Origin: Paraphysomonas bandaiensis
Lineage: Eukaryota; Protista; Chrysophyceae
DNA: 27,322 nt
Direction: 5' to 3'
Assembly: GCA_965644295.1 (NCBI GenBank)
Contig: CBFFRP010000600.1
Location: forward strand, 1-27,322
Each line of letters opens with the position of its first letter. Within the stretch, counting starts at the first letter, position 1. A program made the position numbers and the translations under genes. Under the pieces are notes generated by a model. That model saw only the letters and a program-made list of their open reading frames with translations, was not told where the DNA came from and ran no database searches. Below are positions 22,001 through 27,322 of the stretch, piece by piece.

Positions 22001-25000
22001 GAGGGGAGAGGACCCGTTAAGGAATTGTCATATAGTTCGAGTCTACTAAGAGAAGTCATCTGACCCAGTGATGAGGGGAGAGGACCCGTTAAGGAATTGG
22101 AATATAGATGGAGATTACTAAGAGAAGTCATCTGACCCGGTGATGAGGGGAGAGGACCCGTTAAGGAATTGGAATATAGATAGAGATATCTAAGAGAAGT
22201 CATCTGACCCAGTGATGAGGGGAGTGTACCGATGAGAGAGTTGTAACCAATATCCAAATATGTCAATGCAGTCATATCACCGATAGATGAGGGGAGAGGA
22301 CCCGTTAAGGAATTATAATGTAGACGGAGAACACTAAGAGAAGTCATCTGACCCAGTGATGAGGGGAGTGTTCCGATGAGAGAGTTGGAACCAATATTCA
22401 AAAACGTCAATGCAGTCATATCGCTGATAGATGAGGGGAGAGATCCTGATATTCCATCATCCCATAAGTCCACTCTGGTTATGTTCGATCCTGTGCAGGT
22501 GACTCCAGTGAAAGTGCACTTGTTCCCCACATCCGCACAGGTCCACTCAGACCATACGGAGGTAATATCAGTTGCCTCAATGAAATCACACAGCGCTGCC
22601 TCTTCCAGGATAATTGTCGGTTCACTAGATGGTTGTCCTGAAGGGAAAGGAGTCGGGGCTGATGTGGGTCTCAAGCATTCGTGGTAACTGGTTTGTGTGA
22701 GGTAGAATGTTGTTAATTTAGTCATTGTACATAGCTCGGAAGGGTAGACATCTGAGAACATATTGCCATCACCTCTTAGATATTGCAATTTGGTTAGACT
22801 GGAAAGAGAGTCGGGGAGAGTACCCGTTAAGGAATTGTCACGTAGACTGAGATATCTAAGAGAAGTCATCTGACCCAGTGATGAGGGGAGAGGACCCGTT
22901 AAGGAATTGAAATATAGATGGAGATTACTAAGAGAAATCATCTGACCCAATGATGAGGGGAGTGTACCGATGAGAAAGTTGTGACCAATATCCAAATAAG
23001 TCAATGCAGTCATATCGCTGATAGATGAGGGGAGAGGACCCGTTAAGGAATTGCCATATAGATTGAGATATCTAAGAGAAGTCATCTGACCCAGTGATGA
23101 GGGGAGAGGACCCGTTAAGGAATTGTGAGATAAATAGAGATGTCTAAGGGAAGTCATCTGACCCAGTGATGAGGGGAGAGGACCCGTTAAGGAATTGGAA
23201 TGTAGACGGAGATCATCAAGAGAAATCATCTGACCCAATGATGAGGGGAGTGTACCGATGAGAAAGTTGTGACCAATATCCAAATAAGTCAATGCAGTCA
23301 TATCGCTGATAGATGAGGGGAGAGGACCCGTTAAGGAATTGCCATATAGATTGAGATATCTAAGAGAAGTCATCTGACCCAGTGATGAGGGGAGAGGACC
23401 CGTTAAGGAATTGTGAGATAAATAGAGATGTCTAAGGGAAGTCATCTGACCCAGTGATGAGGGGAGAGGACCCGTTAAGGAATTGGAATGTAGACGGAGA
23501 TCATCAAGAGAAGTCATCTGACCCAGTGATGAGGGGAGTGTACCGATGAGAGAGTTGTGACCAATATTCAAATATGTCAATGCAGTCATATCGCTGATAG
23601 ATGAGGGGAGAGGACCCGTTAAGGAATTGGAATGTAGACGGAGATCATCAAGAGAAGTCATCTGACCCAGTGATGAGGGGAGTGTACCGTTGAGAGAGTT
23701 GCCACCAAGTTGCAAATATGTCAATGCAGTCATATCGCTGATAGATGAGGGGAGGGATCCTGATATTCCATCATCATGTAAGTCCACTCTGGTTATGTTC
23801 GATCCTGTGCAGGTGACTCCAGTGAAGCTGCACTTGTTCCCCACATCCGCACAGGTCCACTCAGACCATACGGAGGTAACATCAGTCGCCTGAATGAAGT
23901 CACACAGCGCTGCCTCTTCCAGGTTAATTGTCGGTTCACTAGATGGTTGTCCTGAAGGGAAAGGAGTCGGGGCTGATGTGGGTCTCAAGCATTCATGGTA
24001 ACTGGTTTGTGTGAGGTAGAATGTTGTTAATTGAGTCATTGTGCATAGCTCGGAAGGGTAGACACCTGTGAACATGTTGTTCTCACCCCTTAGAACTCGT
24101 AATTTAGTTAGACTGGAAAAAGAGTCGGGGAGAGGACCCGCTAAGGAATTGTCATGTAGATAGAGAACACTAAGAGAAGTCATCTGACCCAGTGATGAGG
24201 GGAGAGGACCCGTTAAGGAATTGGAAGGTAGATTGAGATAACTAAGAGAAGTCATCTGACCCAGTGATGAGGGGAGAGGACCCGTTAAGGAATTGTAATA
24301 CAGACTGAGACTACTAAGAGAAGTCATCTGACCCAGTGATGAGGGGAGTGTACCGTAGAGAGAGTTGTAACCAATATTCAAAAACGTCAATGCAGTCATA
24401 TCGCTGATAGACGAGGGGAGAGATCCTGATATTCCATCATAATATAAGTCCACTCTGGTTATGTTCGATCCTGTGCAGGTGACTCCTCTGAAGCTGCACT
24501 TGTTCCCCACACCCGCACAGGTCCACTCAGACCATACGGAGGTAACATCAGTCGCCTGAATGAAGTCACACAGCGCTGCCTCTTCCAGGTTAATTGTCGG
24601 TTCACTAGATGGTTGTCCTGAAGGGAAAGGAGTCGGGGCTGATGTGGGTCTCAAGCATTCATGGTAACTGGTTTGTGTGAGGTAGAATGTTGTTAATTGA
24701 GTCATTGTGCATAGCTCGGAAGGGTAGACACCTGTGAACATGTTGTTCTCACCCCTTAGAACTCGTAATTTAGTTAGACTGGAAAAAGAGTCGGGGAGAG
24801 GACCCGCTAAGGAATTGTCATGTAGATAGAGAACACTAAGAGAAGTCATCTGACCCAGTGATGAGGGGAGAGGACCCGTTAAGGAATTGGAAGGTAGATT
24901 GAGATAACTAAGAGAAGTCATCTGACCCAGTGATGAGGGGAGAGGACCCGTTAAGGAATTGTAATACAGACTGAGACTACTAAGAGAAGTCATCTGACCC

Positions 25001-25250
25001 AGTGATGAGGGGAGTGTACCGTAGAGAGAGTTGTAACCAATATTCAAAAACGTCAATGCAGTCATATCGCTGATAGACGAGGGGAGAGATCCTGATATTC
25101 CATCATAATATAAGTCCACTCTGGTTATGTTCGATCCTGTGCAGGTGACTCCTCTGAAGCTGCACTTGTTCCCCACACCCGCACAGGTCCACTCAGACCA
25201 TACGGAGGTAACATCAGTCGCCTGAATGAAGTCACACAGCGCTGCCTCTT
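17990..25250 (-). repeat. Nested LRR array: 7 capped modules starting at 25250, 24584, 23918, 22604, 21300, 20130 and 18826, with 4, 4, 13, 13, 11, 13 and 7 internal LRRs
   Basis: Module lengths 666, 666, 1314, 1304, 1170 and 1304 fit 378 + 72n (1304 = 1314 + 2 - 12). Confidence 0.92.
19037..21526 (-). CDS. Middle segment of the same gene: end of solenoid 4, solenoids 5 and 6, ending at the second identical frameshift
   Basis: The LRR register continues in the new frame directly after the AT insertion (DNSLTGSLPDSFSSLTKLRILRGDGNMFTG). Confidence 0.8.
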   Translation of the reverse strand, partial: YDNSLTGSLPDSFSSLTKLRILRGDGNMFTGVYPSELCTMTQLTTFYLTQTSYHECLRPTSAPTPFPSGQPTINLEEAALCDFIQATDVTSAWSEWTCADVGNKCSFTGVTCTGSNITRVDLWDDDISGSLPSSISDMTALTYLNIGVNSLIGTLPSSLGQMTSLSVLRLHYNSLTGPLPSSIGDMTALTYLDIGYNSLIGTLPSSLGQMTSLRYLYLYSNSLTGPLPSSPGQMTSLSNLHLYSNSLTGPLPSSLGQMTSLSRLELYSNSLTGPLPSSLGQMTSLSRLELYDNSLTGPLPSSLGQMTSLRYLNLYGNSLTGPLPSSISDMTALTYLDIGHNFLIGTLPSSLGQMISLSNLHLYFNSLTGPLPSSLGQMTSLRYLSLRDNSLTGTLPDSLSSLTKLQYLRGDGNMFSDVYPSELCTMTKLTTFYLTQTSYHECLRPTSAPTPFPSGQPSSEPTIILEEAALCDFIEATDITSVWSEWTCADVGNKCTFTGVTCTGSNITRVDLWDDGISGSLPLSISDMTALTFLNIGSNSLIGTLPSSLGQMTSLSVLRLHYNSLTGPLPSSIGDMTALTYLDIGYNSLIGTLPSSLGQMTSLRYLYLYSNSLTGPLPSSPGQMTSLSNLHLYSNSLTGPLPSSLGQMTSLSRLELYDNSLTGPLPSSLGQMTSLSVLYLFGNSLTGPLPSSLGQMTSLSSLRLHYNSLTGPLPSSIGDMTALTYLDIGYNSLIGTLPSSLGQMTSLRYLYLYSNSLTGPLPSSPGQMTSLSNLHLYSNSLTGPLPSSIGDMTALTYLDIGYNSLIGTLPSSLGQMTSLRYLYLYMTIP

Positions 25251-25392
25251 GAGAGGCTACTGAGGCAACTGTGAGTGTTATCTGAGACACAAACACACAG
25301 AGAATGAGTGGATTCATATACATACACACATGAGGGCATCTTGTGATGCATACGAGGGACTGTCGTGTGGTGGAACTAAGAGTCCATCTCAT
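21511..25392 (-). CDS. N-terminal part: signal peptide plus LRR solenoids 1-4, ending at a frameshift-induced TAA (would be a secreted LRR-only protein)
   Basis: Hydrophobic MNPLILCVFVSQITLTVASVA, then a Cys cap (WTC..C.F.GVTC) and 24-aa extracellular-type LRRs LxxLxLxxNSLTGPLPSSLGQMTS. Confidence 0.85.
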   Translation of the reverse strand: MRWTLSSTTRQSLVCITRCPHVCMYMNPLILCVFVSQITLTVASVASQEAALCDFIQATDVTSVWSEWTCAGVGNKCSFRGVTCTGSNITRVDLYYDGISGSLPSSISDMTALTFLNIGYNSLYGTLPSSLGQMTSLSSLSLYYNSLTGPLPSSLGQMTSLSYLNLPSNSLTGPLPSSLGQMTSLSVLYLHDNSLAGPLPDSFSSLTKLRVLRGENNMFTGVYPSELCTMTQLTTFYLTQTSYHECLRPTSAPTPFPSGQPSSEPTINLEEAALCDFIQATDVTSVWSEWTCAGVGNKCSFRGVTCTGSNITRVDLYYDGISGSLPSSISDMTALTFLNIGYNSLYGTLPSSLGQMTSLSSLSLYYNSLTGPLPSSLGQMTSLSYLNLPSNSLTGPLPSSLGQMTSLSVLYLHDNSLAGPLPDSFSSLTKLRVLRGENNMFTGVYPSELCTMTQLTTFYLTQTSYHECLRPTSAPTPFPSGQPSSEPTINLEEAALCDFIQATDVTSVWSEWTCADVGNKCSFTGVTCTGSNITRVDLHDDGISGSLPSSISDMTALTYLQLGGNSLNGTLPSSLGQMTSLDDLRLHSNSLTGPLPSSISDMTALTYLNIGHNSLIGTLPSSLGQMTSLDDLRLHSNSLTGPLPSSLGQMTSLRHLYLSHNSLTGPLPSSLGQMTSLRYLNLYGNSLTGPLPSSISDMTALTYLDIGHNFLIGTLPSSLGQMISLDDLRLHSNSLTGPLPSSLGQMTSLRHLYLSHNSLTGPLPSSLGQMTSLRYLNLYGNSLTGPLPSSISDMTALTYLDIGHNFLIGTLPSSLGQMISLSNLHLYFNSLTGPLPSSLGQMTSLRYLSLRDNSLTGTLPDSLSSLTKLQYLRGDGNMFSDVYPSELCTMTKLTTFYLTQTSYHECLRPTSAPTPFPSGQPSSEPTIILEEAALCDFIEATDITSVWSEWTCADVGNKCTFTGVTCTGSNITRVDLWDDGISGSLPSSISDMTALTFLNIGSNSLIGTLPSSLGQMTSLSVLRLHYNSLTGPLPSSIGDMTALTYLDIGYNSLIGTLPSSLGQMTSLRYLYLYSNSLTGPLPSSPGQMTSLSNLHLYSNSLTGPLPSSLGQMTSLSRLELYDNSLTGPLPSSLGQMTSLSVLYLFGNSLTGPLPSSLGQMTSLSSLRLHYNSLTGPLPSSIGDMTALTYLDIGYNSLIGTLPSSLGQMTSLRYLYLYSNSLTGPLPSSPGQMTSLSNLHLYSNSLTGPLPSSIGDMTALTYLDIGYNSLIGTLPSSLGQMTSLRYLYLYMTIP

Positions 25393-25490
25393 ACTAGTGG
25401 AACAAATACCGGAATACGATCTTCAGATGGATCACAGCAAGCACTGAGTACGTACAGCAGTATGAACAACAGACACCTCAGAATGGGGGC

Positions 25491-25504
25491 TTTTTATATA
25501 AAAA
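25491..25504. promoter_or_regulatory. Palindromic TATA-like element TTTTTATATAAAAA
   Basis: About 100 bp upstream of the first ATG of the receptor gene; reads TATATAAAAA on both strands. Confidence 0.45.
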
Positions 25505-26349
25505 ACACAGTATTTATACCCAAATATTGAAAAAGTGGTATATTCTTAAAAATAGACATAAAATCATCTATTTTCATGACTTTTTCACCTGAAGTCGAGT
25601 GTGTATGTCAGTATGGCAAGATCACTCAGTGTTGCTCGCACAGGCAGCTGGAGCCCCCGACAGACTCTCGAAGGGTCGCATATGAGTCCAGTAGACCATA
25701 ATTCACATTGCAGTCTCTCCTAACGACCTCGATAAGCGCATGTTGCAGCATCTCAATGAGGCAGCGAACCCCCCAACAAGGAGCATAAGGAGGCTGTGCA
25801 GGCCAGTATGGTCCGTAAGGGAAGATTAAGCGCAAGCTGGTTGGAGCTTGTTAGCGATGGAGCAGGAGGGTGTTTACCGGCTTCAGTTCCTATGAAGCGC
25901 ATGGTGAACCGGGCCCAGAGCACACTCCCCCCTCCTGGGAGCCTACTACTAGAGGCAGTCCACCCACGTATACCCACAAATGGAGGTAATGGTCTCTGGA
26001 TGCACTTTCTACCCGTGACCAGTGTATGCAGGGTCTGTGCAATACTTCCGATGCGGGTGTAAGGGTCTGCATGGCCTGTCTCCGACATACTGGTCGCTGA
26101 GGCTGGGTTGCCATGCTAGGAGTCCTATTCAATGCTGAAGAGCTGCAGTCAGAGTACTGGTTCAGGTATGAGAGAAGCTTGAGGCTTTAGTCATCGTGGA
26201 ACGAGTTCTTTACTTCTGTGTTTTGCTATGAATAATAATAATATGAGTGATTATTTGTTGTCTGCTGATGAATGCGTTATTAATAGTTAGTCGCGCTCTG
26301 CGCTTCCAAGCACAACATTATAGTCTTGAAGTATCACTTGTAATAACGC

Positions 26350-26394
26350 ACTATAGCCACGTAAGTAGGGCACGCGAGATGCCACGTGGTCACA
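26350..26394 (-). mobile_element. Diverged LTR 5' terminus related to the LTR at 6128 (solo-LTR or remnant, minus orientation)
   Basis: The reverse complement matches 6128-6172 at 39/45 positions, starting exactly at TGTGACC. No PPT is adjacent. Confidence 0.75.
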
Positions 26395-26609
26395 ACTCGC
26401 AATCAACATCAAGAACGGAAGTGGTCGCACCTTGGTGCTTGCGGCGACGCACAAGCAGCTTCTGTAGCGTTAAATAGTAGGATAATGGAATTTGTGCTGA
26501 TTAGTTATGGGTAGAGGTCTAACTAGTACGTCTAGCGTTCAACTAGCCACTATATTGGTACAGGTTTTTAACGCCTATTGCTAAATAAAAAGACTTTCAA
26601 TATATATAT

Positions 26610-27319
26610 CAGGCCCTGGTCACTAATAATTATATGACAGTTGTGGAAGTCACAGTTGGAGTATTTTATGTATTATCCATCCATTTTTTTAATTTTATAA
26701 CGCACTTTGTGGAAGTCATCCTATATTATCACTACATATCATAGTGACATACTTCATAGAAAAAAATTAGACATTTGCAACTGGATTCGTCCATGGAGGT
26801 TGGTGTACCCGACAGAAATAACGAGGACGAGAGTGAAGGAACTGATTTTTCACAGCGTGTTCTAGACAGCGCTGAGGTCACCAAGAGAGCTCGACTTGGT
26901 ACCTATGAGTCCAACTACCGCTGCTTGCTTCATATTGAAGCACAATCTAATGTTGTTGAGAGGCTCTTTAGTCGTGCAAAGTTGATTATGACACCTGAGC
27001 GTAGAAACATGAATCCATATCGTCTAGAATCGTTGCTATTCCTACGAGCCAATTACATGTTGTGAGATGTTTATACCTTCCATGAAGCCCTGCAAGAAGA
27101 TCCTGCTGTGCCAGTAGAGAGTGAGAAGTAGTTAAAATTTGTAGTCTGCTATTTAACTAAAAATTAGTAATTAAGGGAGCACAAAACTATCTATTATATG
27201 AGTGGTGTTATCTACTTTAAGTTAGATACTATAATTGCCGGGACTTTTTTCATTAATGCCATTATAATTGCCGGGAACTGGACTACCATTAATGGGCCAT
27301 TAATGGTTACCAGGCCCTG
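26610..27319 (+). mobile_element. Internally deleted, non-autonomous hAT DNA transposon (~710 bp)
   Basis: Imperfect TIRs CAGGCCCTGGTCACTAATAAT vs rc CAGGGCCTGGTAACCATTAAT (17/21), subterminal repeats and a transposase C-terminal fragment. TSD not supported by the 3 flanking bases visible. Confidence 0.7.
26775..27131 (+). pseudogene. hAT transposase C-terminal dimerisation-domain fragment
   Basis: SNVVERLFSRAKLIMTPERRNMNPYRLESLLFLRAN fits the hATC consensus S..ER.FS......R..L....LE.L.FL..N. TGA at 27063 sits where a Trp (TGG) is plausible, and the frame continues to 27131. Confidence 0.8.
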
Positions 27320-27322
27320 CTT

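Larger units (their letters stand above)
7439..25392 (-). pseudogene. Giant LRR / Pro-rich stalk / FN3-like / REJ / EGF / GPS / multi-TM polycystin-1-like receptor gene (~5,850 codons if repaired); reading frame broken by two +2 insertions
   Basis: Hand-built model, complement join: 25392(or 25323)..10092, 10041..9877, 9812..9190, 9134..8953, 8872..8830, 8756..7548, 7487..7439. All six introns are GT-AG, 50-80 bp and phase-compatible. Frameshifts at ~21527 and ~19053. Confidence 0.8.

Noticed and set aside
17990-25250. CRISPR-like pattern of constant repeat plus variable spacer
   Set aside because: The spacers are homologous to each other, in frame and encode LRR beta-strands. There are no cas genes and the context is eukaryotic.
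17990-25250. Diversity-generating retroelement (NNT/NNC variable codons near an RT)
   Set aside because: No template repeat with AAY codons, the RT is Gypsy-type, scaffold adenines are invariant and some variants (GAA, AGA, GAG) do not fit. Nothing in the sequence links the RT to the array.
25389-25484. Signal-peptide-like frame ILRCLLFILLYVLSACC on the minus strand
   Set aside because: No ATG, an in-frame TAA just upstream and a TGA downstream.
25626-26477. Short ORFs upstream of the receptor gene
   Set aside because: They overlap on both strands with no recognisable domains; 26247..26477 crosses the LTR boundary.

Overview
Eukaryotic genomic DNA with short 50-80 bp GT-AG introns; the protein style suggests a stramenopile/chrysophyte-like protist (inference). 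It has three parts. (1) 1-7384: an apparently intact Ty3/Gypsy-type LTR retrotransposon on + (PBS, gag, pol = PR-RT-RH-IN-chromo-like, PPT, 3' LTR). It is unusual in having a CCCH-finger Gag, one in-frame UGA between gag and pol, and an RT motif IFDN instead of YxDD. (2) 7439-25392 (-): one giant receptor gene of ~5,850 codons. It encodes a signal peptide, seven capped LRR solenoids (65 internal LRRs, nearly all 72 bp, whose surface codons are combinatorially hypervariable on a near-invariant DNA scaffold), a ~3.1 kb Pro/Ser/Gly/Gln stalk, FN3-like, REJ, EGF-like and GPS-like regions, and a polycystin-1-like multi-TM region. Two identical +2 frameshifts interrupt it. (3) 25.5-27.3 kb: upstream region with an inverted diverged copy of the LTR terminus and a deleted hAT DNA transposon. 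The best candidate for a new system is intra-exonic LRR shuffling (VLR-like) on a polycystin-like surface receptor.
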